NCBI GenBank assembly: GCA_948443845.1
Contig: CAOJUE010000005.1
Coordinates: forward strand, 1 to 32,000
DNA length: 32,000 bases
Direction: 5' to 3'
Source of the DNA: an uncultured Eubacteriales bacterium
GTDB taxonomy: Bacteria > Bacillota > Clostridia > TANB77 > CAG-508
The translations under genes were made by a program, and so were the position numbers. Below are positions 7,210 through 15,877 of the stretch, one piece after another. The stretch's first letter is position 1. Each line of letters starts with the position of its first letter. The notes below the pieces were generated by a model, which had not been told where the DNA came from, did not search any database, and saw only the letters and a list, made by a program, of their open reading frames with translations.

Positions 7210-7238
7210 TAGACATTTTCAAAAATTTATTGTATGAT
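7210..7238 (+). promoter_or_regulatory. Candidate promoter of the T4SS-like module
   Basis: TAGACA (7210..7215), 17 nt, TATGAT (7233..7238). Confidence 0.4.
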
Positions 7239-7409
7239 ATACAAAATTTGAAAAGAAAAATTTTTTGTCAGAACTGATTTCTCATCAGTTTACTACATTT
7301 TTTCTATATTGCAGTTTCTTGCAAATTTTCAAATCTTTAAAATTGAATCAGAAAGTAGGTGATAATTTTAACAAATTTTCATTTCATTTTAATTTTAGAA
7401 AGGAGTTTT

Positions 7410-7742
7410 ATGATGAAACGAAAAAAATTTTTATTCCTTTATACGAGCGTTATGACCATCGTATTTTTTTGCTTATTTAGCAATGTGGCTTTTGCCGCAG
7501 ATCCCAAATTGGTAACCACTCTTACAGGAGCCTTTACCAAAATCCAAGGTTATATTGTAAAAATAGCAACTTCTTTTGCAGCAGTAGCCGTTGCAACAGG
7601 TTTGCTTATGCGAAAATTCAGTCTAGGTGATGAGAAAAAAATTTATAGAGCCAACAATTTAATTAAAGGAAGTATCACTTCTTATGTGCTAATTTTATGC
7701 ATTGATTTAGTGCTTTCTCTAATTAATACAGTTCTTTCTTAA
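7410..7742 (+). CDS. VirB2/TrbC-like pilin-type small membrane protein
   Basis: Signal peptide MMKRKKFLFLYTSVMTIVFFCLFSNVAFA|AD followed by two hydrophobic helices; GGAG upstream. The track start at 7359 is rejected. Confidence 0.5.
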   Translation: MMKRKKFLFLYTSVMTIVFFCLFSNVAFAADPKLVTTLTGAFTKIQGYIVKIATSFAAVAVATGLLMRKFSLGDEKKIYRANNLIKGSITSYVLILCIDLVLSLINTVLS

Positions 7743-7755
7743 ACGGAGTTTTAAT

Positions 7756-8625
7756 TTGGAAGGTCAAACCCTTAATTTAACCACCTTGATTTGCGATTCT
7801 CTCAATCATATCTTTTTCAAACTTTTCTCATCCATAGACAATACCATTGATTCTACCCTAGATGATATTTTGTTTATCCGTTCAGATATGATTGAAAATA
7901 GCAATTTCAAGCAACTTTTCGGCACAGATACAAACAACGGTTTATTATTAATCGCCAATAGCCTGATTTTCGGAATCCTTCTATTTTATGCATTTCGATT
8001 TGCCCTATCCCATTTAACGTATTCCAAAATCGATTCGCCTTACCAATTCCTCTTCAAATGCATTATTTTTATCGTCTGTATGAATTCATCCTTTTGGATT
8101 TGCGAAAAAGTCATTGATTTTATTGCACTCTTATCCGATTCGATTTGCGAACTGGGAAATTCTCTAACTGGGCATCACATCAATTTTTCCAATTTAATCA
8201 GTCAAATCAATTCTGCATTATACCCAAGCTCCGAAACATTTGACCTCTTTTCCTTGAATGGCATTCTAAAAATAATCTCAAGCATTGGAATTCTCTATAT
8301 TTTACTTGCCTTCTGTGTACGTTACATTTTTTGCAAAATTCTAGTGTTACTTGCTCCATTTGCCTTCATCTCACTTATCAGCAACCATTTTGACGGATTT
8401 TTCAAGGCTTGGTTCAAACAATTTCTCATTTTATTATTCCTACAAATTGTTGTTAGCCTTGTTCTGGTTCTAGGTTTTACGCTAGAATTTCATGCAGAAA
8501 ATACGCTGTCAAAACTTACCTTGGTTGCCACGATTTTAGCAATTGCAAAATGTAATGTTCCTGTAAAAAAATTGCTTTCGCATCTTTATCAACATAGCCA
8601 AAATAATTTAAAAGATTTTATTTAA
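7756..8625 (+). CDS. Polytopic membrane protein, VirB6/TrbL-like
   Basis: At least 6 hydrophobic segments; LLAPFAFISL...FFKAWFKQFLILLFLQ resembles the P-x-A...K-x-W region of Firmicutes TrbL-like proteins; TTG start with GGAG upstream. Confidence 0.5.
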   Translation: MEGQTLNLTTLICDSLNHIFFKLFSSIDNTIDSTLDDILFIRSDMIENSNFKQLFGTDTNNGLLLIANSLIFGILLFYAFRFALSHLTYSKIDSPYQFLFKCIIFIVCMNSSFWICEKVIDFIALLSDSICELGNSLTGHHINFSNLISQINSALYPSSETFDLFSLNGILKIISSIGILYILLAFCVRYIFCKILVLLAPFAFISLISNHFDGFFKAWFKQFLILLFLQIVVSLVLVLGFTLEFHAENTLSKLTLVATILAIAKCNVPVKKLLSHLYQHSQNNLKDFI

Positions 8626-8636
8626 GGAGGTTTTTC

Positions 8637-8918
8637 ATGCATTTTATCATACCAAAAAATTATAAATTTAAGCCCAAATTATTTGGCTTAATTGATTACC
8701 AAACTGCCATTCTAGACATTATTTGGGCTGGCATATTGTATGGATTGATAAATCTATTTTTCGTGTCAATTGCAACAAAAATTTATGTTTTTATTGCCTT
8801 GTTTGTCCCATTTTTGCTATTTAGCATTGTGGGCGTTCATAACGAACCTATTGTATCTGTGCTAATTTACATTTTTAAATATTACAAAAACCAAAAATTG
8901 TATTTATTTAAAAAATAA
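8637..8918 (+). CDS. PrgI/VirB3-like small membrane protein
   Basis: IPKNYKFKPKLFGLIDYQTAILD parallels the PrgI-family N-terminus (vPKDL..vKtKv.FGLTkRQl); two TM helices; basic tail. Confidence 0.5.
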   Translation: MHFIIPKNYKFKPKLFGLIDYQTAILDIIWAGILYGLINLFFVSIATKIYVFIALFVPFLLFSIVGVHNEPIVSVLIYIFKYYKNQKLYLFKK

Positions 8919-8930
8919 CCAAACCAAAAA

Positions 8931-8960
8931 AGCGATTAGATTCTTCTAATTGCTTTTTTC
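8931..8960 (+). terminator. Rho-independent terminator of the three-gene module
   Basis: AGCGATTAG pairs with CTAATTGCT (one G-U), followed by TTTTTT. Confidence 0.65.
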
Positions 8961-9021
8961 TTACTCTCCCAATTCTTTGATTGGCAAAAATATTTTCTAT
9001 ATTGTTTTTTCGAAAACTTAA

Positions 9022-9030
9022 TGATATAAT
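9022..9030 (+). promoter_or_regulatory. Extended -10 (TGaTATAAT) candidate promoter for the dnaD-like operon
   Basis: TG at 9022..9023, TATAAT at 9025..9030. Confidence 0.4.
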
Positions 9031-9139
9031 TTAAATACTGTACAAAAGAATTTTAAAAAGGATCTAATAATTCTGCAAAAAGGGGATTTTGCAGAATCAT
9101 TAAAATACGATTGATAAATTAAAAATTGGGGGCTTTTTT

Positions 9140-10093
9140 ATGAAATTAATACAAAGTGATAAATCTTTTTTATTTTCCAGTACAGAAATACCAGATGTAT
9201 TTTTTACCGAATATTTACCTGAAGCAAAAAGTGAATTTGTTAAGGTTTATTTTTACGTTCTTTTTTTATCCAAACACAATAGTGAAATCAAAATTAATGA
9301 TTTATCAAAAACGCTTGATTTAGATTTTCCAACCGTTCAAGACGCCATCAAATATTGGGAAACGCGTGGTATTTTCATTAAAAATCCAAACGGTTATTCT
9401 TTAGCAAATCTCCAAGAAATCGAACTAAATAAATTGTACAACCCAAAGGTAAGTCTTGCACCAGAAGAAATTGAAAAAAATGCGGAAAATCAATATCGTG
9501 CCAAAGTGATGGACAGCATTAATTCCCAATTCTTCGCAGGAACCATGTCTCCTTCTTGGTATGCAGATATCGATTTATGGTTCCAAAAATACGGTTTTGA
9601 TGAACAAGTCATGCTTGCTTTATTCAGTTACGCCTATGAAAATCATGCTTTGCACCGCAATTACATTCAAACAGTTGCAGAAGGTTGGAGCAAAGAAAAA
9701 ATCAAAACCTATAACGACTTAGAAAACTATTTCGAACGTCGCGAAAAAACAAATAGTCTAAAGAAAAAAATTGCCCAAAAACTAAATCTATCCAGAAATC
9801 TCACCGCCTATGATGAAGAATATATCATCAAATGGACGGAAAATTATAAATACCCGATGGACATCATCGAAATCGCTTTGAAAAAAGCAGCCACCAAAAA
9901 CACCATCAGTTTCGAATACATCGACACACTTTTAACAGACTGGCATTCCAAAGAACTCACCACTGTTTCAGACGTAAACGCTTACTTAGATGCCACAAAA
10001 ACCAAAGACAAAAAAGTAAAACAAATCAAACAAGTCGCTCTCGAATACACCCAAAGTACTTTTGACAACTGGGACGCGCTTTACGACAACTAA
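9140..10093 (+). CDS. DnaD-domain replication initiation protein (B. subtilis DnaB/DnaD-like)
   Basis: Two DnaD-like C-terminal repeats: ...IDLWFQKYGFDEQVMLALFSYAYENHALHRNYIQTVAEGWSKEKIKT... and ...YIIKWTENYKYPMDIIEIALKKAATKNTISFEYIDTLLTDWHSKELTT. Confidence 0.85.
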   Translation: MKLIQSDKSFLFSSTEIPDVFFTEYLPEAKSEFVKVYFYVLFLSKHNSEIKINDLSKTLDLDFPTVQDAIKYWETRGIFIKNPNGYSLANLQEIELNKLYNPKVSLAPEEIEKNAENQYRAKVMDSINSQFFAGTMSPSWYADIDLWFQKYGFDEQVMLALFSYAYENHALHRNYIQTVAEGWSKEKIKTYNDLENYFERREKTNSLKKKIAQKLNLSRNLTAYDEEYIIKWTENYKYPMDIIEIALKKAATKNTISFEYIDTLLTDWHSKELTTVSDVNAYLDATKTKDKKVKQIKQVALEYTQSTFDNWDALYDN

Positions 10094-10108
10094 TCGAAAG
10101 GGGAAAAA

Positions 10109-11128
10109 ATGGACAATCACATACTAAAACTTATCTTAAACGAATACGAAATCAAGCATAACAATGCCATTCAAGAAGCCGAAAACAAAAAACGAAAACT
10201 TTTGTCGGTCAATCCCAGATTGTCCGAATTAGAAACCCAACTTGCCAATCTTTCCATTCAAACCTCCAAATTAATTTTGCAATCGGAAAGTACAGAACAA
10301 AAAAAATTATTGGCAGATTTAAAAAAACAATCTACTGAATTAATCAAAGAAAAAAACAAATTTCTAAAAAATTTATGTGGAGATAGCAATTGTCTAAAAC
10401 CGCATTTTGAATGCAAAACCTGCAAAGACACTGGCTACACCGAAAAAGACGGTCAATCCACCATGTGCCATTGCCTAAAACAGCAAATTTTTAATACCTA
10501 TTACAACAAATCTAACATCGGAAATTTGGAAAAAGAAAATTTCAAAAAATTTAATAGCAATCTTTTCTCCTCGGAAGTCAACACGGAATTAAACAAATCC
10601 AAGATTTCTCCACGAGAAAATATTGAAATTATCAAAGAAAAAGCACAAAATTTCATTCAAAATTTTCAAAATCCCGACGAAAAAAATCTCTTATTTACGG
10701 GAAACACAGGGCTTGGAAAAACATTCATGACAAACTGCATTGCAAGCGAAATCCTATCTTCTGGCAAAACCGTTTTATACCAAACCGCGCCAGTCATGTT
10801 TGACGAAATCATCGACGCCAAATTTGGCAAAGAAAATTCCAAATTTGATTTAATGCAAAATATCCTAACCACCGATTTATTAATCATCGACGACCTTGGC
10901 ACCGAACGCACAAATGAATTATATTTAACCGAATTATTTACCATTATTAATACAAGATTACTAAATCAAAACAATAAAATTACCAAAACCATCATTTCAA
11001 CCAACCTACGCCCAGACGAAATCGAAAGAATTTATACCACAAGAATTTCTTCGAGAATCGTTGGATATTACCGAATTTTGAGATTTTTCGGGGAAGATTT
11101 GAGATTTAAAAAGCGAAAAACCGACTAA
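10109..11128 (+). CDS. DnaC/DnaI-like AAA+ helicase loader
   Basis: N-terminal Cys cluster CKTCKDTGY...CHC; Walker A GNTGLGKTF; Walker B LLIIDDLGTE. Confidence 0.85.
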   Translation: MDNHILKLILNEYEIKHNNAIQEAENKKRKLLSVNPRLSELETQLANLSIQTSKLILQSESTEQKKLLADLKKQSTELIKEKNKFLKNLCGDSNCLKPHFECKTCKDTGYTEKDGQSTMCHCLKQQIFNTYYNKSNIGNLEKENFKKFNSNLFSSEVNTELNKSKISPRENIEIIKEKAQNFIQNFQNPDEKNLLFTGNTGLGKTFMTNCIASEILSSGKTVLYQTAPVMFDEIIDAKFGKENSKFDLMQNILTTDLLIIDDLGTERTNELYLTELFTIINTRLLNQNNKITKTIISTNLRPDEIERIYTTRISSRIVGYYRILRFFGEDLRFKKRKTD

Positions 11129-11144
11129 ACTCTAGTCGGTTTTT
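11116..11144. terminator. Bidirectional terminator between the loader gene and the 186-aa gene
   Basis: AAAAACCGACTA pairs with TAGTCGGTTTTT, a perfect 12 bp with A/T runs on both sides. Confidence 0.7.
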
Positions 11145-11159
11145 CATTAATCAATCATC

Positions 11160-11720
11160 TCACCAATGTGCCTCAAACTCAATCATAGCAACTCTTTCTC
11201 CCAAAATAGTAACATATATCGATTCATCCCATTCAATGGCATTTGTCAAATGTTCACAGGTTTGAGCATAATCATAATACATTCCATATCCGTCTTCGCT
11301 GGACATTTTTTCATTTTCGATATCCCGTTCATTAATTTTAGCCGTTCTCATCTTACCATTTGCGTCCTTAAGCGTTAGCAACAACTCTTCCGTTTCCCCA
11401 TAAGAAGTCTGTAACAGAAGAAAATATTGCTGATCAACTTCTACATAAGCCTTCTGAATTTTTCCTGCATAATGCTGGATTTTCACGACATCACCTTCTG
11501 ATAAATAATACCACAGCGCATGCCAGTGTCTGCTGCTATAATCAGTTTGCGAAATTTCAACTCTTGTACCATTCGTTGTGGTAATCTTTAACTTTTCCAC
11601 ATTTCCTGTTGAGTCTTTTTCTACTTTCCTGATTACCTGCTCTACTGTCCGCACGTCTTTTCTTTGACTTGTGGAAGTGTCAATCTTTGTTCTTGGTCGA
11701 TAATTATATCCTTTTCCCAT
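11160..11720 (-). CDS. Hypothetical protein (186 aa), no recognised motif
   Basis: Long ORF, monocistronic between two terminators. Confidence 0.65.
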   Translation of the reverse strand: MGKGYNYRPRTKIDTSTSQRKDVRTVEQVIRKVEKDSTGNVEKLKITTTNGTRVEISQTDYSSRHWHALWYYLSEGDVVKIQHYAGKIQKAYVEVDQQYFLLLQTSYGETEELLLTLKDANGKMRTAKINERDIENEKMSSEDGYGMYYDYAQTCEHLTNAIEWDESIYVTILGERVAMIEFEAHW

Positions 11721-11805
11721 ATTCTACCTCGCTTTCTATTGCGTTTTTATAAAACGTGCATATTATACCACATTTTATGTAAAATGTCAAGCACCTATTA
11801 CCACT

Positions 11806-11852
11806 AAAAACCGCTGTTAGTATAGGTTTTCCTATATTTACAGCGGTTTTTT
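11806..11852 (-). terminator. gyrA terminator (long hairpin)
   Basis: AAAAACCGCTGT ... ACAGCGGTTTTT, with an inner TATAGG/CCTATA stem. Confidence 0.7.
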
Positions 11853-11861
11853 CTTAAAATC

Positions 11862-14297
11862 CTATTCTTTTTCTTCTTCCGGCTCTACAGTCTCAATGCT
11901 TACAACTTTTCCGTCATGCGTTCTCATCAAAGTAACACCTTGTGTCGACCTTCCTAAAACGCTGATATCAGAAACCTTCAAACGAATAATCGTTCCTGTA
12001 TCTGTCACTAACATCACATCTTCATTGCCATTTACAACCTTAATACCCACAATATCACCCGTTTTGGGCGTTATTTTATAGGTAGTAACTCCTTTTCCGC
12101 CTCTGGCTTGAACGCGATATTCATCTAAATCTGTTCTCTTTCCAAATCCGTTTTCCGTAATTGCAAGCAAAGTAGCCTTTCCGCCTTGAATGATTGGCTC
12201 CATTCCAATTACTTCATCATCTTCATTCAAACGCATTCCTATAACACCTTGGGCACTTCTACTAAGTGGTCTAACATCTTTTTCATCAAATGTAATGCAT
12301 TGACCTTTTTTGGTTACCAAAACCACATTATCTTGTCCATCTGTCAATCGCACATCAATCAAAGCATCATCATCTTTTAATGTAATTCCCATTAATCCAT
12401 TTTTTCGGTTTGTGTCGTATTCCTTTAGCGCCGTTTTCTTAATGGTTCCATTTTTGGTTGCCATTAAAATATATTTGCCTTCTGCGAAATTTTGAACTGG
12501 AATTGTAGCCGATATTCTTTCTCCTGCTTCCAAATTTAATAAATTCACAATCGCTGTTCCCTTTGCATTTCTACTAGCTTCTGGAATCTCATAACCACGT
12601 AAACGATACATTTTTCCTTTATTACTAAAGAACAATACCGTCTCATGTGTTGATGTTGTAAAGATTTCTTTGACAAAATCTTCTTCCCTTGTCGTCATTC
12701 CCATAATACCTCTTCCGCCTCTGCCTTGGCTTTTGTAAGTATCCACTGGCATTCTCTTGATATAACCAAATTGCGTTAGAGTAACAACGGTTTGTGCTTC
12801 TGGAATCAAATCTTCCACTTCAAAATCATCTTCTGCGGCAATAATTTTGGTTAATCGCTCATCTCCAAATTTCTCTCTGATTTCTAATAACTCATCTTTG
12901 ATAATTTTAAATACCAAAGTTTCACTCGCTAAAACATCTTTATAATAAGCAATTAGTTTCATCAGTTCTGCATATTCTTCCTCGATTTTTTCACGTTGCA
13001 AACCAGATAATCTTTTCAGTTGCATATCCAAAATCGCCTGCGCTTGAATATCCGAAAGTCCAAAACGTTCCATCAATTTTTCTTTAGCATCATCATAAGA
13101 AGAACGAATGGTGTTAATAACTTCATCAATTTTATCAATTGCGATACGCAATCCTTCCAAAATATGTGCTCTTGCTTCTGCTTTGTCAAGTTCAAACTTA
13201 GTTCTGCGCAAAACAACATCTTTTCTATGTTTGATGAACTCATCCAAACATTGTCTCAAAGTCAAAATTTTAGGTTCTCCATCCACCAATGCTAGCATGA
13301 TCACACCAAAAGACTCTTGCATTGCGGTATGCTTATACAATTGATTTAATGTTACTTGTGGTCTAGCATCACGTTTCAATTCAATCACAATTCTTACTCT
13401 TTCCTCACGGTCAGATTCATCACGAATTTCAGAAATTCCATCAATTTTCTTATCTCGAACCAACGCTGCGATATTCTCAATCAATTTGGCCTTGTTGACT
13501 TGATATGGCAAAGAAGTTACAATAATTCTCTGACGATTTCCCGACATTTCCTCAATTTCTGTCTCAGCTCTCATCATGATTTTGCCTCTACCTGTTGTAT
13601 ATGCTTCCTTAATTCCATCTCTTCCCAAAATAGTCGCTCCTGTTGGGAAATCTGGACCTTTGATAACACTCATTAATTGTTCATCTGTTACATCATCTTC
13701 ATCAATAATTTTAACTAATCCATCAATAATTTCTCTTAAATTATGTGGTGGAATATTCGTTGCCATTCCAACAGCAATTCCAGAAGAACCATTAATTAAT
13801 AATGCTGGAACTCTAGTTGGTAAAACGGTTGGTTCTTGCAAACGGTCATCATAGTTTGGCATAAAATTAACCGTGTTTTTCTCGATATCGGCTAACATTT
13901 GCTCTGAAATTTTCGCCATTCTTGCCTCTGTATACCTCATTGCGGCAGCACTATCGCCATCAATTGAACCAAAATTTCCATGACCATCAACCAACATATA
14001 ACGCATTGAAAAATCTTGTGCCAATCTTACCATAGCATCATATACTGAAGCATCTCCATGTGGGTGATATCTTCCCAAAACAGAACCTACAGTATTAGCA
14101 CATTTTCTATATGGCTTGTCTGACGTAATTCCATCCTCGTGCATGGAATACAAAATTCTTCTATGTACTGGTTTTAAACCATCTCGAACATCTGGCAAAG
14201 CACGAGAAACAATAACACTCATGGCATAATCAATATACGCGGTTTTCATCTCTGCTTCAATATTTCTCTCAACAATATTTTCCTCTTGTCTATCCAT
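11862..14297 (-). CDS. gyrA: DNA gyrase subunit A
   Basis: [11 protein letters not shown] (catalytic Tyr), the HPHGD quinolone-resistance region, and the GyrA box QGRGGRG in the first C-terminal blade. Confidence 0.97.
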   Translation of the reverse strand: MDRQEENIVERNIEAEMKTAYIDYAMSVIVSRALPDVRDGLKPVHRRILYSMHEDGITSDKPYRKCANTVGSVLGRYHPHGDASVYDAMVRLAQDFSMRYMLVDGHGNFGSIDGDSAAAMRYTEARMAKISEQMLADIEKNTVNFMPNYDDRLQEPTVLPTRVPALLINGSSGIAVGMATNIPPHNLREIIDGLVKIIDEDDVTDEQLMSVIKGPDFPTGATILGRDGIKEAYTTGRGKIMMRAETEIEEMSGNRQRIIVTSLPYQVNKAKLIENIAALVRDKKIDGISEIRDESDREERVRIVIELKRDARPQVTLNQLYKHTAMQESFGVIMLALVDGEPKILTLRQCLDEFIKHRKDVVLRRTKFELDKAEARAHILEGLRIAIDKIDEVINTIRSSYDDAKEKLMERFGLSDIQAQAILDMQLKRLSGLQREKIEEEYAELMKLIAYYKDVLASETLVFKIIKDELLEIREKFGDERLTKIIAAEDDFEVEDLIPEAQTVVTLTQFGYIKRMPVDTYKSQGRGGRGIMGMTTREEDFVKEIFTTSTHETVLFFSNKGKMYRLRGYEIPEASRNAKGTAIVNLLNLEAGERISATIPVQNFAEGKYILMATKNGTIKKTALKEYDTNRKNGLMGITLKDDDALIDVRLTDGQDNVVLVTKKGQCITFDEKDVRPLSRSAQGVIGMRLNEDDEVIGMEPIIQGGKATLLAITENGFGKRTDLDEYRVQARGGKGVTTYKITPKTGDIVGIKVVNGNEDVMLVTDTGTIIRLKVSDISVLGRSTQGVTLMRTHDGKVVSIETVEPEEEKE

Positions 14298-14330
14298 ATT
14301 TTTCCTCTTTTCTTTTTAATTTATAGTGTT

Positions 14331-14359
14331 ATTATATATAAATTTTTGGAAAATTGCAA
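14331..14359 (-). promoter_or_regulatory. Candidate gyrA promoter, TTGCAA-17-TATAAT
   Basis: Minus strand: TTGCAA (14354..14359) and TATAAT (14331..14336). Confidence 0.5.
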
Positions 14360-14383
14360 GGATATTTGGAAAAAATAATTTTC

Positions 14384-14487
14384 GGGGACGGGGACACTCT
14401 TAAAAAATAAAGAAAAAATCCAAAACACTCTAATACCAAGAACTTTGAATTTTTTCTGATTTTTTTCGAAGACTGTCCCCGTCCCCA
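14384..14487. repeat. Inverted doublet of a GC-rich 18-nt motif (REPIN-like), about 68-nt spacer
   Basis: GGGGACGGGGACACTCTT (14384..14401) and AAGACTGTCCCCGTCCCC (14470..14487); reverse complements with one mismatch. Confidence 0.7.
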
Positions 14488-14493
14488 TTCAAT

Positions 14494-14976
14494 TTACGAA
14501 ATTTCTTCCCCTTCAACCAAAATCTTAACCGAATTTACTTCATTTAACTCTGTCATTGTATTAATAATTGAATCAATACAATTCTTTTTTTCCTTTTCGT
14601 CATTTGAACTATTGTCAATAAATTCTTTTGAAAAATTAATTTGTAAGCATTCTCCCACCAATTCTACACTCAGCAATTTCGTTCCTTCTGGAATCGTTTT
14701 TTGAAGAAATCCGCTCTCTGGACCCCCTATTAACATATCTAGCAATTCTTTATATGGCTCTAACAGCAAATCTTTCGAATCAATCAATCGACTTTCTTTT
14801 TGCAATTCTTTATTTTCCGCATTTTGGAAATACAAGGTTATCATTGTTTTTCTCAAATCCACTTCCTCAATTTCCACCTCTGGAACATATTCCACCTCAA
14901 CATTTGTATTAAACAACAAAATCCCACATATTAGCACTCCCAAAATTACTAATACAATCACAATCCACTTTTTCAT
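14494..14976 (-). CDS. GerMN-domain (germane) lipoprotein/membrane-anchored protein
   Basis: N-terminal TM; ITLYFQN...LQKESRLI...PYKELLDMLIGGPESGFLQKTIPEGTKLLSVELVGECLQINFSKEF...VNSVKILVEGEE matches the GerMN pattern. Confidence 0.8.
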   Translation of the reverse strand: MKKWIVIVLVILGVLICGILLFNTNVEVEYVPEVEIEEVDLRKTMITLYFQNAENKELQKESRLIDSKDLLLEPYKELLDMLIGGPESGFLQKTIPEGTKLLSVELVGECLQINFSKEFIDNSSNDEKEKKNCIDSIINTMTELNEVNSVKILVEGEEIS

Positions 14977-15105
14977 ACCCTAAGTCCTTCCTTTCTTGCT
15001 AGATAATATTCGTAGTCAGTCCATTTTATGCTAATCATTTTTTTGGCAAAATTTGTCGAATCTAGTTTCGAAAACTATTTTATATCATTTTTTATACGAT
15101 TTATA

Positions 15106-15134
15106 TTGACAAGCCAAAAATAATGTATTATGAT
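15106..15134 (+). promoter_or_regulatory. Candidate promoter, TTGACA-17-TATGAT, for the hemolysin-III gene
   Basis: TTGACA 15106..15111; TATGAT 15129..15134. Confidence 0.5.
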
Positions 15135-15166
15135 AAGAACAAAGTTTTATTTAGAAAGGAAAATTT

Positions 15167-15826
15167 ATGGCAAAAGTTAGAGATTTTACAAGCGGTTTGA
15201 CACATTGCATTGGCGCTGTTTTGGCATTGGCTGGCATGGTAGTTTTGATTGTGTTTGCTGCTATTTGGGGAGATGGCTATGATGTCGTATCTTTCACAAT
15301 CTTTGGAATTGGGTTATTTTTATTATATTTATTTAGCACATTATACCATTGGTTAAATATTAGCCAAAAAGGAATTAATGTGTTTCGAAAATTTGACCAT
15401 ATTATGATTTACATTTTAATTGCTTCTAGTTATACCCCCATTTGCCTTGGACCTTTGCGTGGTCCTTGGGGATGGAGTATTTTTGGAATTTTGTGGGGAT
15501 TTGCAATTTTAGGCACGATTTTTTCTTCCATTTGGATTAAAGCACCACGCGCTTTAACAACAACCATTTACTTAATCATGGGCTGGATGGGAATTATCGC
15601 AATTTATCCACTTTATCAATCTTTCCAAGAAGCCAATCTGTTGCAAGGACTTTGGTGGCTTGTTTTATGTGGTGTTTTTTACACAATTGGTGGCATTATT
15701 TATTGGCTTAAAATTCCAAAAACGAAATGGAAAGATTTTGGATTTCACGAGATTTTTCATATTTTCGTGATGTTAGGAAGCGCTAGTCATTATTGGTTTG
15801 TGTTACGATATGTTTTGAAAATGTAG
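15167..15826 (+). CDS. Hemolysin III / PAQR family membrane protein
   Basis: 7-TM protein with STLYHW, FRKFDHIMIYILIASSYTP and HEIFHIFVMLGSASHY motifs. Confidence 0.9.
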   Translation: MAKVRDFTSGLTHCIGAVLALAGMVVLIVFAAIWGDGYDVVSFTIFGIGLFLLYLFSTLYHWLNISQKGINVFRKFDHIMIYILIASSYTPICLGPLRGPWGWSIFGILWGFAILGTIFSSIWIKAPRALTTTIYLIMGWMGIIAIYPLYQSFQEANLLQGLWWLVLCGVFYTIGGIIYWLKIPKTKWKDFGFHEIFHIFVMLGSASHYWFVLRYVLKM

Positions 15827-15841
15827 TTTTTAGGATAGTAA

Positions 15842-15872
15842 AATGGAGTACTTACATAAAAAGTACTCCATT
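15842..15872. terminator. Bidirectional terminator between convergent genes
   Basis: AATGGAGTACT pairs with AGTACTCCATT, a perfect 11 bp with T-rich flanks on both strands. Confidence 0.75.
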
Positions 15873-15877
15873 TTATT

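Noticed and set aside
7265-7480. 71-aa ORF and the 7359 start of the pilin-like gene
   Set aside because: They lie in the leader region. The GGAG-preceded ATG at 7410 yields a canonical signal peptide, and the upstream extension adds non-signal sequence.
9140-11128. DnaD-domain plus DnaC-like pair as an ICE/phage replication module belonging with the T4SS-like genes
   Set aside because: A terminator and a separate promoter divide them from the T4SS-like genes. The loader has the DnaI-type N-terminal Cys cluster and chromosomal-type size, and gyrA is adjacent. The idea is not fully excluded without comparative genomics.
10666-11378. Antisense ORFs 10666..10944 (-) and 11166..11378 (+)
   Set aside because: They fall inside the loader gene and the 186-aa gene respectively, on the opposite strand, with no supporting signals.
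11896-13854. Seven plus-strand ORFs (61-106 aa) inside gyrA
   Set aside because: They are antisense to a strongly supported, full-length gyrA. Their composition is low-complexity and Ile/Ser/Phe-rich, as expected for AT-rich antisense frames, and none has an RBS.
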